Source: Flectonema sp. DT1601
Lineage: Eukaryota
Reading direction: 5' to 3'
DNA length: 64,000 nucleotides
Assembly (NCBI GenBank): GCA_964019425.1
Contig: OZ025787.1
Location: 806,001 to 870,000, forward strand
Part shown: piece after piece, positions 1 through 12,618 of the stretch
How the letters are laid out: each line of letters starts with the position of its first letter
Numbering within the stretch: position 1 is the first letter of the stretch
Translations under genes and position numbers: made by a program
The notes under the pieces: generated by a model
What the model was told of the DNA's origin: nothing
Database searches by the model: none
The model's input: only the letters and a program-made list of their open reading frames with translations

Positions 1-379
1 ATTTATGTTCGTACAATTCAACTTCTTGTTTAATAGAAGTAAGTTCTTGTTGTTGAAGAGAGAGAGATAATTCCTGAGCCGCAAGATCATTATGAGTTTG
101 AGTAAGACTTGCAGCAGTCACTCCGACAACTGGTAAGGCTGGAGATTCGCTGCTGGTTGCAATATTTAAATTACCTCCGCTGTTCTTCTGTACGAGTTTT
201 CTCAATTCTCTTAGTTCAGGTTTTCCTTCATTACTTTGACTACAAGCATTGATTAGTCCTATGGGATCATTTGGCCAATACTTACCAATAACTTCTGAGG
301 CTGAACCTCCACATAATGTTACTATCAGTCCAACCATCTTACGAGATGGTGCCTGAGGGATAGAAGGAGGCCGATGCAT
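1..379 (-). CDS. Hypothetical protein, 5' part only (continues off the left window edge)
   Basis: ATG at 379-377 opens a stop-free frame of 126 codons to the edge (MHRPPSIPQAPSRKMVGLIVTLCGGSASEVIGKYWPNDPIGLINAC...QELTSIKQEVELYEHK). It is not in the ORF track because no stop lies in the window. Same strand as all other genes. Confidence 0.7.
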   Translation of the reverse strand, partial: MHRPPSIPQAPSRKMVGLIVTLCGGSASEVIGKYWPNDPIGLINACSQSNEGKPELRELRKLVQKNSGGNLNIATSSESPALPVVGVTAASLTQTHNDLAAQELSLSLQQQELTSIKQEVELYEHK

Positions 380-1584
380 CTTTCTCTGCCTCGTTCTGTT
401 TTGACGTAGACTTCAGTCAGTGTGTGGTGAGGTCAAACTGTTGGGAGAGAAGTTATAATTATAAAGAATTAACACAGTAATTTAAATGAACTATATTCAA
501 GAAGCAGGGCTTGCTGTTATTCTGCACCTTTTTTTTTTTTTTTTGTTGCTCCCCTTTTTTTTATTTTACTTATTATAAGTTATAGGCATTTCTTTTTTTT
601 TTTTTAAATTCCCATTCCTTCTTTTTTTTCTTTTTTTTTTCTTTTCAAGTGTTTTCTTTTTTTTTTTTATTAGTTAGAATTGCCGTGGGGGTTTTCCCCC
701 GTCATGCCTTGTTAAATTTATGTTTTCTTTCTAATTTTCGTACTGTCTTCTGTTCGGGCATGACTGGTGAAATTACGGGTGTAAGGGGTAAGGAACAATT
801 TAAGGTTCGCTTTTCGCTATAACCTTTAACGAGAGGCCTATTTCTTATTTTTATGTACTAATCTTATTTAAGATTTAACACGAGGAAAGGGATTACCCAA
901 AAATAATGAGAATTCCTCTGTTTAGACCAAAACTTTTTCTTTTTTCATCGTTGTAAAAAAGTTTTTTTTTTTTTCGCCGTTCTTGTATGTGTAAGAAATA
1001 ATGTACGCAGCATATGTAAACCTTAAGTCGATTTCGTGCGGCCATTTTTTTTTTTTTTTGGTTGTAGCTAATCGCAATAACTGAAATTGGCACGTCGAAC
1101 GTGACAACGTATTGATTGTTCACAACAGCGAAAATATTTTTGGGTGCAGGCAGCGGAGAAAAGTTCTTTTTGATGTGCGGAAACGGAGAAAGTCCAAGTA
1201 ATTAAAACAAACCACTGCGCTAGTTGCGACTGGAAAGGAGTCGTCTTGCACTAGGAGTATTCCTTTCGTGAGTGTGGTTTTCTAGTCACTAAGCACAATG
1301 CCTTTTAAAATAACTCTTATAGAGCATACAACTGGAAGCAATACTGGGAGCGGAGGATGGAATTGGAGGGAACTTTGAAGAAGGTATAGGGTGTACAATA
1401 AATAATCTCATTCAGTATCTCAGTCACTCAGCGCTGGAGTAGTCGCGGAGGTATTCCCATTCAATCACAATAAGCGGATGACCCTCCGCCTTATGTAGTC
1501 CCAATTACAAAAGAATTTGACTGAAGTGATGAGCTGGTATCGGACTCACATTTGTAGAACTGAAAAGCCCTATTAAACAATTTC

Positions 1585-1616
<32 letters not shown>

Positions 1617-2594
1617 TCGAGAAAGTTTTTTTCTTTTTGATGCACGTGAGCATGGCACTGTACCGCAGTAATGAAAGAGACGGAGAAATGTACGTACTTC
1701 GTGTGCAGAATAACCTTATACTAAGACACTGCTTACCTTCTGTATAGACTAACCAGATTTAATTGTATCAAGGAAGAAGAATAAAAAAAAAATTTACGAA
1801 ACACAGACTTACAAATTACACAGAGAACGCAAATTCCTTGCGATTGCTCTTCTCTCCTCTTTTGAACACATGGCTTTTCTCCATGAAAACAAAACAACAC
1901 ACGACCTAACTCGGCGTTGTAGATATTATTTGTTATAAAATATGGCTTCAGAACACACACACAACATACCATGTCTTTATGGTAGTCTGAAATTCCATAA
2001 AGGTAAAAGAGAATGTCAAAAGAAAAGATTTAATAAGAACTATTTTCTTTTCTTACAGGACATGGTACGCTCAACCAATGACGGTACGCGGTCCCTGAAT
2101 TACCAGATTCGACAACGTCTTCTGGTCAATAAGGCAAAAAAAAAAATATTTCCCCTTTATGTTTTCTTTTCCCAAACCTTTTTTTTGATTAACAACTATA
2201 ACATACGGACTATAAAACAATGATCTGTCTCACAGATGCAATGGAAAAAAAAGAGAAAAAAGGGAAAAAAACAGATAATAGTAAAGAACGCTCCGATTAC
2301 ACCCTTCTTTCTTTTTTTTTTTTTTTGCTCATAAAGTACAATACGATCACGAAGTGAAGTACAAAGGAAATCAATGTTCCTAGGAAAGGAGAAGTCACTG
2401 CTTAAAGGCGCACTATATATATTTTTACAATTTTATTGTTTCTTTTTCATTCTTTTTTCCTCTCACCTAAAACAACTTTGTGTCTCACTGTTTTCCTGAA
2501 TAGGTTTAGTGAGGTACAAGCTTTCTTGTGCAGAAAAGTGATCATTGATACTCTGAATGCGGTTTTTCGCAAGTAGCTGAAACATAATAAATAT

Positions 2595-4138
2595 CTACTT
2601 AGCAGGGTCATGGTGCTTTGTTGACCTAACGCGTTTGAGCTTGCGAAAACTCGTAGGAGGTGCTTTCTGCTTTGGGATTTTATTACGGCTGATGGCTGGT
2701 CTTGTATCAGCAAGTTGTGTGCCAGTGGTGACTAAACAACCAGGTGGAAGTGGGGGGATGGTACATCCTGGACGACGTATGATAATTGAAGCAGCCCACT
2801 GACCAACTTTAACACATTCAGAAATACTTCCCTGTTTACTGTATTTTGCAAGGAATCCACCAACAAATGCATCCCCAGCTCCATTGGTATCAACCACTTC
2901 TGACTGTGGAACGTCTGGCGTTGGAAAGCAACGCACTTCAGTTTCCTTATTCTCTGTTCTTGAAGCTACTAATACATCATCACCCCCCTGAGTCATAATA
3001 ACATGTCTTGTAACTAATGATCCTTTGGAGGGGATAGCTGATGCTATTTTAGTTAGTATTGCTTCTGAGTCTCCTTCTAATTTCCAATCCAAAGCTTCTT
3101 CTAGTGCTAAGTACTCAGACTTATTACCAAATACTAGTTCTGTGTGGGGGAACATTTCATCAAACAAAGACCCCACACCAGAACATACAAATGGAGCTGA
3201 TAAGTTAATACAAACAGCTTTCTTACGGGAGTGTGCGATGTCGACTACGCGTCTCACAGTTTCTGGAGATGTTCTCAAAAAGAAACCAGTTATGTAGTAC
3301 AAACCGGCACTATTAATTGTTTTACAGAGTTCGCTATTTTTAGTTAGCCATTCAGGTTTAAATACACCTGACGCTCCTAAGTTTGCAACCAACGAGCGAC
3401 TGTCATTGCATGTAAGAACAGCGCAAGTACCAGTCTGTTCCTTTTCGACGTTAAGTCGAAGCATTTCAACTCCCTCAGTAGCTGTTGTTCTGTGTAGGAT
3501 ATTTCCAAATTCGTCTTCTCCAGTGGTTCCAATAAAAACAGTTGAACCTGGAGCTCCAAGTAACCATTGTGTTACTCGCATTGTATTTAGACCTGATCCT
3601 CCAGGTATGTATTCTACAGAATCATCGCGTGCCTGTTGTTTATTCGTTTGTTGATATCTAAGGTAAAGTAACTGCGGTGGCAAGACTAGTAATAACCACA
3701 TACCATTTCTTGGAATAGAGGAAGTGTTTCCTCCTTCGCTAAGACAGCGTTGTCAGGTTTCAATCCCCATTTATCTAAGAAAGGTCCTTCTATAGACATC
3801 ACCATGTCTAATAGAGGGTTACACATTCCAAGTAGTGCTTCGTTTCCAGTTTGTGAGCGATCGTTTTGCTCGCCATTTGTTGCCACAGCGCATGTCCGCT
3901 GTGCTAAGACACTTTGATACTCTGATATTATGTCACAAAGCTCTTGTTCTTGTGTGCTGCTAGCCCCGACTACCTTCTCATCTGCACGGATATTTAAAGC
4001 TCGTACTTCTTCACTATTGGACCCTGATTTTTCACATGTCCACTGGGCAAGAAATCCGAGTATATTTTTGGGTTTCTTCGCCAACATTTCATTCTTCAGC
4101 TCCTCAAGGAGAGCTGTCGCTGCCTCGTCGCACCACAT
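2595..4138 (-). CDS. ADK: Adenosine kinase (PfkB/ribokinase family) with N-terminal RIIa/Dpy-30-like dimerization-docking domain; 2 exons (4138-3704, 3632-2595), about 490 aa
   Basis: Motifs LLGMCNPLLD, YIPGGSGLNT, TGTCAVL, RSLVANLGA, YITGFFL, NLSAPF and VDTNGAGDAFVGGFL are typical of eukaryotic adenosine kinases. Two ORFs join in frame through a 71-nt intron at 3633-3703 (GTATGT...AACAACAG), giving ...LFQEM|ARDDSVEYIPGG. Confidence 0.93.
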
Positions 4139-6532
4139 TGTTTTCAGTACATCAGTTGGTGTTAAACTGACTGATGAGAGAGTAAATCAATAACCAATAC
4201 ACTAGAAGTGATTACAGGAGAGTAGCATCACAGTATCTATCGAATAATTCTGCCTGTTTTAAGAAAAAGAAAAAAACGTAATAAAAGAAATCTGTTTATT
4301 CTTGTCGCACTAAAGACGCGGACGTATTATTGCTTCGCCCTTCCCTGGTTCTTTATTTTTTTCCCTGTTTTTATTTTTTCCATTCATAGCCTGTAGAATT
4401 CTTTTCCACTTACGGCAAAAAGAATGTCACCAGACTTTTCTCAAGCCCTTTTTAACAGCAGATTTTTGCGTCGTCAGTAAAGAAAAGAGCGCACCAGGAA
4501 TACTGCTTTTTTTTGTTTTTTTTTTGATAATGTCGTTTCCTCTTTTTTTTTTTTTTTGGCCTTTTTTTTTTTGTACTATGTTATATTCCTTTTTTTTTCA
4601 TCCGAGCTAATGTGAGTCGGTGATGTCTTCGGGTTGCATATCGAAGGGAGTAAAAAAAAAAAAAAAAAAAAAGGGCAAACCAAAAAAAAAAAGAAATTAA
4701 CTATAAATAATTATAAAAAGTGCAAAATCCTTTGAGGATATAAAAACTAAACAACTATAATATTGGATACAGTTCACAATAAGATGGCGCAGATACCCCT
4801 GACCAGCCTCGCAAGGCACTGCTTTGGTAAGTTCACTATGGGGACTGAGAGGGTGATGAGGAAATGGGAAGGGCAGAAGCTGGGGAAGGGATGGATGAGA
4901 CTATTCTTCGAAAACAAACAGAAAAATAAAAAGACTGAATGAAAAGGAAAACAAAAATAAATAAAACAACAGTCACTCCAGAAACCAACCACCTGATGTG
5001 TCCTCTCCCCCAACTCTTTCCGTAATAAAGTAAAACTCAGGACGTTGGGGACTTTATCAAGTCTATTTATTTTTTTCCAGAATTTAAAAATAAAAAAAAG
5101 AGAAATAACTTCAACTCATGATTCACAAAAGTCTGCGAGAGCTACAGGTGGCTTACGCGTTACCCAATTTTTATCTTTTTTGTTCTTACAATACTTGATT
5201 GCAAAAAGAAAAAGTAAGTTGGGTTACCCGTCACTACATAACCCTGTCCGTGATATCAGTGCCTGTGACCTCCCTCTAAGAGAACAACAACTAATAAAAC
5301 CTTTCAAAGAACATGCACAAGCAATAAGATTCTACGTGTACAACTAGGAGAGAGAAAGGAAAGACGCAAATCAGTATATTTTAGATAAATAACTATTATG
5401 AATTAACAAACAATACAATGAGCGACAAGGGGGCTCTCAGATCTAATATATAAGACGACGTCTTTCCTTTTCACTATACTACTGCCTTAACAATCTGCTG
5501 GGACAATGTGACGTAACTTCAATAATTCCAAACAATAATATTTTTTTTTTTAAAAGAGTAGCACCAAAACAAAATCTACACTAAAAGAGGAGAGTCGACA
5601 ACGTAGTCCGCGTAAAGGTCAGGGTGCGTAGCCGATTTCGGCATTTCCAGCTGTGCGTTCCAATCGTCACCAAAAATCACATTTAAATTAGTCATTTTAA
5701 TAGTTTGACAATGTAAAAGAATAAGAAAAAAAACAACCAATGCACTTTGCAAGGCTATTATGTTATAAAGCAACCACTCGATGCTTAATTGTTCGTGCAA
5801 AATGGCTGTTTTATGACCGAAAAGTGAGAGGGTGTTGGGTGCAGCTTATATAAAGTTCAGTGCGAACGGCTCGGGGGTGGGGAAACAAAAAAGTAAAAAA
5901 TAAAAATAAGAAACTGTTTCTATGGATAGCTTTACAATAATAATCCTTCCCAGGAGTAGCACGCCGAGAATAGAAATAAAAAGCTAAACTTAGCTTACGT
6001 ACCCACAACGAAATATTCCAAGAAATGACAAAATCAAAAAAGAAAATACTACTACAGCTGTAATTGACTGCCTGCACAAATTGCATAGAACAACAACTAC
6101 AATAAAACTCACCCTAAGAAAGAAAAATAGCCCTCAAGGTAATCATTGTTTTTTGATTCCTCAAAAATACTTCACTACGAAACAGCGAGAAAGCATCTGC
6201 CGTCCCCATAGGGTGGGGGAAGCCATAATAGGAGCACGATAGGAAAATACAAACAAATGACATCCATCAATGTGAGGATACAGAATACAAGTAATAAACG
6301 AAGTGATTCTTAGTCTGACAAACGACCTGTTATCAAGGCTTATACGTACTCAAACCTTAAGCATCTATTAAGAGCCGCAGCTAAAGAAATAGAAGAAAAG
6401 AATGAAATTGCCTAAAAAACAACCACCACTATGAGGCAGCTCTACACAAAGATACTTCGAAGATTTAGAAAGTCGATATCAATTTTATTTTATTTTCGAC
6501 AAGATCTGAAAAGATATAAATTCTCTTTACGA

Positions 6533-7338
6533 CTATGAAGAGTACGAGTTGTAATCTCCAGTAGAGGATCCTTCCATTGCTTGAGAAGCACCCGCAAGCA
6601 CCGCACAGATGATCTGAAAAATAAAGTTCAGAACAAGAAACACGAATCCAATAGATATAGAGCTCTCCATATCCTTTACAGCGCAGTCGCAGAATTCCTG
6701 TTTTTTAGTTGAATTTACAATGCAATCCACAACAAAAGTAGAATACAAAGTTTACTACATACCCGATCAAAAGCAGCCGCGACAAGAGCAAAGCAGATCA
6801 AACAGCAAACTGCGCACATAATATGAATGCATTGCCTCATGTTCATTAACTGTTTGTTTTTTAATTTGTCATAAATTAGCAACTCGTCTGATCGCAAAAC
6901 CATCACACGTTAGTGTTTAGTAAGAGAAGAGTAAAGAAGAAAGTCACATACCGACTCTGGAACCTTTTCTGCTAGTGGAGTTACCTTAAGTATACACAGG
7001 ATGAGTACAACTATCATTCCCATTATTGTAACAACAGCACATGCTTGTGCTGCAGCCATGTGACCAGCCAGTGCGCTGCAAAATACGTCAGCAACCTTCT
7101 TTGGACAACCCTTCGCTGCATGAGCAATGCAGCTGTCACTCTTGCATCCCAGGGCACTGCATCCACATACAGCTGGACCATCACAGCTGAAGAGACCACA
7201 ACCTCCAGGGCTCATGGTTCCAGTGTTCAAATCTGTTGACCACATACCAGTGTCCATTGCCATTGCTACGATTTGAAAGATAAAACTTGTAGACATCAGG
7301 CAGAGTGCTACGAAGTGGAGGTGCTTTGCTTCAGGCAT
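6533..7338 (-). CDS. Four-TM membrane protein of claudin/amastin-like topology with a Cys-rich first loop; 3 exons (7338-6952, 6849-6763, 6697-6533), about 212 aa
   Basis: Three ORF-track fragments join in frame through introns at 6850-6951 (GTATGT...AAACAAACAG) and 6698-6762 (GTATGT...AAAAAACAG). There are four hydrophobic segments, a W...GLFSC motif in loop 1 resembling the claudin W-GLW-C signature, and S.SIGF before TM4. Confidence 0.75.
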
Positions 7339-8192
7339 TGTAATATAAAATTAGGAGATGGGGCTGTGAAATGAACTAACAATACGACCTACTTTACTTT
7401 ACTTCCTACAAACAGAGATGTACGAGAAACGATGATGTGTTGTCTGTTTGAAGAGAAATACTTTTTTTATTTTGGCGAACTTACATCCCAACCAAAACGT
7501 TTGCGTGTCGGAAAACTGTGGAAGAGTCGTGGTGACTCATCTCCAACAATTATTCCTGTAGACACATTTCATGCTTCTTGCAAAGAAATGGCCTATTTAT
7601 ATTGCCTTTAATTTTTTTTTTGTTCTTTTCAAATATTGAAAATTCACCCATTTCTTTAAGCATACTCCTAGGAACATTTTTTGCCTCAGTTGCAACTTTC
7701 TTTTTTTATTTTTTTTTAAAAAAGGTGGCTGTTTCTGATAGCAACGCTTTCCAGTTTACTGATGGAAGATAACTACATTCGAATTCATCAGTTTTTAAAC
7801 CGATGAATGTGACAAGTACATAATTTGTATGTTGTGTACACATAATGCTATTCTATAACCGTTGTAAACACGACGTGTCGCCGTGACGTCACTAGGCACT
7901 TCAATTACACACTCTTCCAGGCATTTGCTCTGGGTGAAAAAATAAACAACGGGACGGACAGTTTTTTAAAATAAAAAAAAATAAAAAAAAACGACGAGTA
8001 AAACGCCCGGAGTAATGGCAATCTTTTTGTCTCATCGAGTAATAGTAATAAACAATCACACAATAACACGTTCAACAATTGTAATAAAAAACAACGAGAA
8101 AATTGTACAAAAAAAAAACGCTTTTATCATAAAAATAGAATTACGTAAGCGAGTTCTTTTTCCCTTTCCTTTTTTTAATAAAAATAATGAAA

Positions 8193-10235
8193 CTAAAAGT
8201 GTTTCTGAAACCAAGAGAGAGTCTCGTCAAGGATTGTTAATCTCTGGTTTGGGTTTCCAGGGATGTGACCTGATCCTGGGAAAACAACAAATCGGTTAGT
8301 GACGTTGCGTCTTCTCAAAGCCTGGTGAAGTTGCCACACTTGAGATAAAGGCATTCTCGGGTCGTCGATACCGTGAAGTAAAAGAGTTGGTGCTGTAGCG
8401 TTAACAACGTGGTAGATAGCTGAGTGGTCCATCATCTTTGCTGCGAGAGACTTGTCGTCCCAAAAGTTCTTACCTCCATAAACAGAAGGGAATAGTCTAT
8501 TAATATCAGTTGTTCCAACGTGTGATATCAAATCATTTAAAGTTCCTCCTCCAACAATTGCCTGAAGATCAATTCCATCAGTTGCCTTAGCTCTTGTTAA
8601 CATTAACGATGACATGTAACCTCCGTATGACCATCCAAAGTGTGCAACCTTCTTGTTTTGGGAAGTACCAAAAAGTTTCATTGCGGTGATGATATCCTTG
8701 TAGTCACTTCCACCCCAGTCGTTACCATCAGCACGTCTAAATGCTGCTCCATATCCTGATGAACCTCTGTAGTTTGGCATGACTACATGGTATCCAGCAA
8801 GAACTAATGACATAACAGGGAATCCAGCACACACGGTTCCAAATCCCATGTACGTACTGAGTTGTGCCATTGCTGGTCCACAGTGAGTAAAAACAAGTAG
8901 CTTAGAGTTGTTCTTTCCCAATGAAATCATTTCAATATCAGTTCCGTCAAAACTCTTGTACGATGTAATCTCGTGACTGATAGCAGGAAGTGGAGCGAGG
9001 TTAGCATTAACACCTGTCTTTATAAAGTTACTGCAAGTATCAATTGTAGCGACATCACAAAGGAATACTCCTGGAGCGTTAGTTGGTGTTTCCATTGTAA
9101 TTAACATCTTATCAGAACCAGCGGTGTACACTGGGATCATACTGGCTCTGAATCCTCCTCCAACAACATGTGTTGGTTGAGAAACAGACTTGTCTCTCGT
9201 GAGGGTCGCGACATCCATCTTGCTGACAACTACGGTGGTTCCAATTTGTTCTAAAAACATAATCTTGGAGTCGTTCTCACTCCAACCAATGAGAGAAGGC
9301 ATCTGATCGATTGTGCTATTACCATCGGCAGCACATCTTGAAACCTGTGTTGCAACATCGTAAATGCAAATGTGCCATGTCTGTGCCCAGGTGTAGTCTG
9401 TGTGGTCGATCTCTGTAAATGCGACCTTTGATCCGTCAGCGGACCACTTTGTTTGAAACGATGGGAGGTTGCTGAGAGTTGTAAGCGACCGAGTCTTCGT
9501 GTTGTAGATACGAGCTCTCATCCTTTCCCAGTCATTTCCATTTAAGGTAGCGGTTGTCGTCATAGCAACTAAAGACTCATCCTTGTTGACATCAAAGTCA
9601 GCTGGGTATTGCCAGCATGAGAGGTACCAACCAACAGCTCCAACACTGACAGAGTCAAGTCCTTCATAACAAGAGATCAGACTATCTGGAGTGTTTGGTA
9701 CTTTACAGAACTTGTTTAAGTTTCCAATTGGTGCCTCAGAGATGACGTTAATAATAATATCATCTTCAATCACACGAGACTCTGTTGGTGGCGCATCAGC
9801 AGAACTGCTGGAGAAGAAAATGCTTTCGTCACTACACTGAAGTGACACAACACTCTCACCTTTTGGTAAAGTTGCTACCGTGACTGGGGAACTCCATGAA
9901 GTTCCAGATAAAGTTGACTTAGCGATTATGGATCCACTGTGTACGAATACGACAGTTTTTCCTTCATCACAAAAGCGAGGAATAGAACACTGATTGGAGA
10001 TATTTGGGTCGCAAAATTTTGAAACTGACGTCACCTCGCTATCACTGACTCCCTGCAGAGATACTCCTGAAATCGGAGACAATTTCTTACTGCTGTCTTG
10101 TTTGGTACCGGAAGTGCTGTACAACATCCATTTTCCATCAACACTAACGGAAGTGTCCGTGATACTCGCGGCTTTGAACTGGTCCACATTAGACCAGCCA
10201 ACAGCGCACGAAAGCAGTATCGCGGGTATCGTCAT
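8193..10235 (-). CDS. Secreted S9-family serine peptidase (acylaminoacyl/dipeptidyl aminopeptidase-like), beta-propeller plus alpha/beta hydrolase
   Basis: Signal-peptide-like N-terminus, WSADGSKVAF propeller repeat, PNYRGSSGYG, nucleophile motif GWSYGG, LLLHGIDDPR (Asp) and FPGSGH (His). Intronless ORF of 680 aa. Confidence 0.92.
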   Translation of the reverse strand: MTIPAILLSCAVGWSNVDQFKAASITDTSVSVDGKWMLYSTSGTKQDSSKKLSPISGVSLQGVSDSEVTSVSKFCDPNISNQCSIPRFCDEGKTVVFVHSGSIIAKSTLSGTSWSSPVTVATLPKGESVVSLQCSDESIFFSSSSADAPPTESRVIEDDIIINVISEAPIGNLNKFCKVPNTPDSLISCYEGLDSVSVGAVGWYLSCWQYPADFDVNKDESLVAMTTTATLNGNDWERMRARIYNTKTRSLTTLSNLPSFQTKWSADGSKVAFTEIDHTDYTWAQTWHICIYDVATQVSRCAADGNSTIDQMPSLIGWSENDSKIMFLEQIGTTVVVSKMDVATLTRDKSVSQPTHVVGGGFRASMIPVYTAGSDKMLITMETPTNAPGVFLCDVATIDTCSNFIKTGVNANLAPLPAISHEITSYKSFDGTDIEMISLGKNNSKLLVFTHCGPAMAQLSTYMGFGTVCAGFPVMSLVLAGYHVVMPNYRGSSGYGAAFRRADGNDWGGSDYKDIITAMKLFGTSQNKKVAHFGWSYGGYMSSLMLTRAKATDGIDLQAIVGGGTLNDLISHVGTTDINRLFPSVYGGKNFWDDKSLAAKMMDHSAIYHVVNATAPTLLLHGIDDPRMPLSQVWQLHQALRRRNVTNRFVVFPGSGHIPGNPNQRLTILDETLSWFQKHF

Positions 10236-10867
10236 TTTATTTTATCCTTTCTGAGATGAGAAAATTCAATTCGTTCATCAAAAACTAACATGATTGTGTC
10301 ACATAAAAATATATTTTACATTTTTGCCGATTTCTGAAAAAAAAAAAGAATTAAATAAATAAATGATCCACATACGATTCATAATTTAAATACATAAAGT
10401 AAAACATCACCGACAGGCTGATAAGCAGTCGGGATGGAAATATCGGCCGACGAATAACAGAAAAAAGCAAGAGTTTGGAAGGTTAAATATTTTATAATGA
10501 TATGAATATATGTGTTGTATCAAAGTTAACTAATTTATACATGTCGTAAAAAAGATTCTTTTTCCGTGTTGTCATTCAGTGCAGTACGGAATCGAGTTAT
10601 TCAATTACTTAAATAGATTACTGGTGGAGCACTCACCTTAAATAAATTAAAGTAGCGTTGTCCTGAATTCAGATAGAAAACGAGAGGAGTTCACCGGTTG
10701 GTATTGGGGCATCGTACGAGTTTGGAGTAAAATTAACTAGTGGCAAAGTCCAGAGTAGGGAGGCTTATCGAAATAATAATCCTTCATGGGATAGGATACC
10801 TCAGTGTTTTCTACCTTTAACCTTTTTCGATAAAGAAACAGAATGGTGTAAGCTGAGTTTGGGTGTT

Positions 10868-11506
10868 TCATTCACTTGCTTTTGGAGGTGCAAACGGACC
10901 AGAAGGTGGGTCAGAACGATATTTCAAAGCTTCTTCACTACCCTTCATAAATAATCTATACATATCAATCTGTGTAGGGTGCTCATAATCAGCCAAGTGT
11001 TCCAATATGTAACTTCGACGTACAGCTGCCTCTGATGATTCAAGAAGTTCATAGATATCCTTGTAGTGAAGTGATGTGTCTTTCGATAAGATTGGATCTT
11101 GTTGAATGTGTTGAGCAAGTTGTCGTCTAGTTCTGACTTCTTCTTGTTGAAATCTCTGCTCTTTAAGTAACTCTTTAAGACTTTTGCCTGAAGTTCGACG
11201 ATGTAATTCAGCATCTTTTCTTAGTATCTCGTCTACAGATATTGGAGTTGCGTATTTATGAGTGTGTCCGTAACTTTTATATCTTCTTACTGGGATGTTA
11301 CTGTCAGTCATCTGATGGCTGTCGTATTCTCTTTTCTTTTCTTCATTACAAAGAATCTCGTATGCCTCTTGCACTTGAAGGAATGCCTTTTCACAACCTG
11401 GGTTCTTATCAGGGTGATAGATCATAACTTTTTTATGATAAGCTCGTTTAATGTCCTCAGCTGAAGCAGTTTCTCTGATTCCCAACGTTACGTAAACATT
11501 CAACAT
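10868..11506 (-). CDS. J-domain (DnaJ/Hsp40 type III) protein, about 212 aa
   Basis: Y.TLGI...AS..DIKRAY......YHPDKN......F..V.EAYEIL...K...YD is a canonical J domain with the HPD motif. The probable ATG is at 11506; the ORF track uses an upstream GTG. Confidence 0.9.
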   Translation of the reverse strand: MLNVYVTLGIRETASAEDIKRAYHKKVMIYHPDKNPGCEKAFLQVQEAYEILCNEEKKREYDSHQMTDSNIPVRRYKSYGHTHKYATPISVDEILRKDAELHRRTSGKSLKELLKEQRFQQEEVRTRRQLAQHIQQDPILSKDTSLHYKDIYELLESSEAAVRRSYILEHLADYEHPTQIDMYRLFMKGSEEALKYRSDPPSGPFAPPKASE

Positions 11507-12618
11507 ATTGTGTAATAGTTCGACTGTAAACATAACGTTTCGAATTTTGTGATGCCACACACATAAAGGTTATTACCTGACCAAGAAATCGTTACCATCG
11601 TTGTTTAAAAACTAAATCTCTCTCGACACCTAGTGTTAGGATAGGGCAACCAAGGTGTTACGAATGTGCATTCCTTTTTTTTTTATTTTTTTACTATTCT
11701 TTCATTGAAGAACTTACCAGGTACACCTGCATCGGTATTATAAAAAACAAAAACGGGGTAAACTATTTAATTAGGTTTACACGAATAAATCTCTGTATTG
11801 TATCAAAACTATATAATGAAATTAAACAAAAAAAGAAACTCACGACACAGTGGCTTTTCCGTGTTTACGGGTTTTGCTATTCAATTGTGAATTAATCGTG
11901 AGCCGTGGGGAAACCGCAGGGGGGATATTGAATGGTTACGTAACGTTGGGAATCAGATAAATGAAGGAATACAAGGATTACTTACATTCTTGATCCACCT
12001 GACTAACTTTCGTAAAAATCCTCTGTGGCAGGGAAATATTCTTGTGCGAGTTTGAAAAAAAAAATCCCCAAATCCGAAGGAATATTTCCCCTGACACCCG
12101 AAAAAAGACAATGCAAATCAACAGGAGAAAAAAAAAAAAAAGAAGAACTCATTCGAATTGATCATAAAATCGAATTCTACCTGAGGGGAGAAACCACTAT
12201 TTATCCAACGAAGAGAATATCCAACCCGTTTATTAGGTCTTTACTATTCTACCTTTTTGAATTGTTTGTTCCAAATACGAACTCGCAGATAGAACCAGTT
12301 TGTTCTTATGAAAAAATAAATATCTTTATGTTTGATGTTTCAGAGATAACATCAAGGAAACGTTAGTTATAATAAAGTTGACTAAAGGAGTTTGGAGGAG
12401 GAGAGAGGGACAAGAGTTAAGAATAATTCTTTTACCACTTAGAGCTAGAATGGATTACATGTGACGCCATGTATTCTGTATCAATAAACAGGAAGGAAAG
12501 AGACTCGCAATAAAAAAAAAAAAAAGAGCTGGAAAATAAAACGAAAGGGTCACTATAATATTCGCATGCAGTTTAAAAAGGGCAACTAATAATTTCAGTA
12601 GCGTGACTACAGTAATGA

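Noticed and set aside
3633..3703. Frameshift or pseudogene interpretation of split ORFs (ADK, 4-TM, BTB-ankyrin, LVIVD genes)
   Set aside because: Each break is explained by a GT-AG intron that restores the frame and continuous homology.
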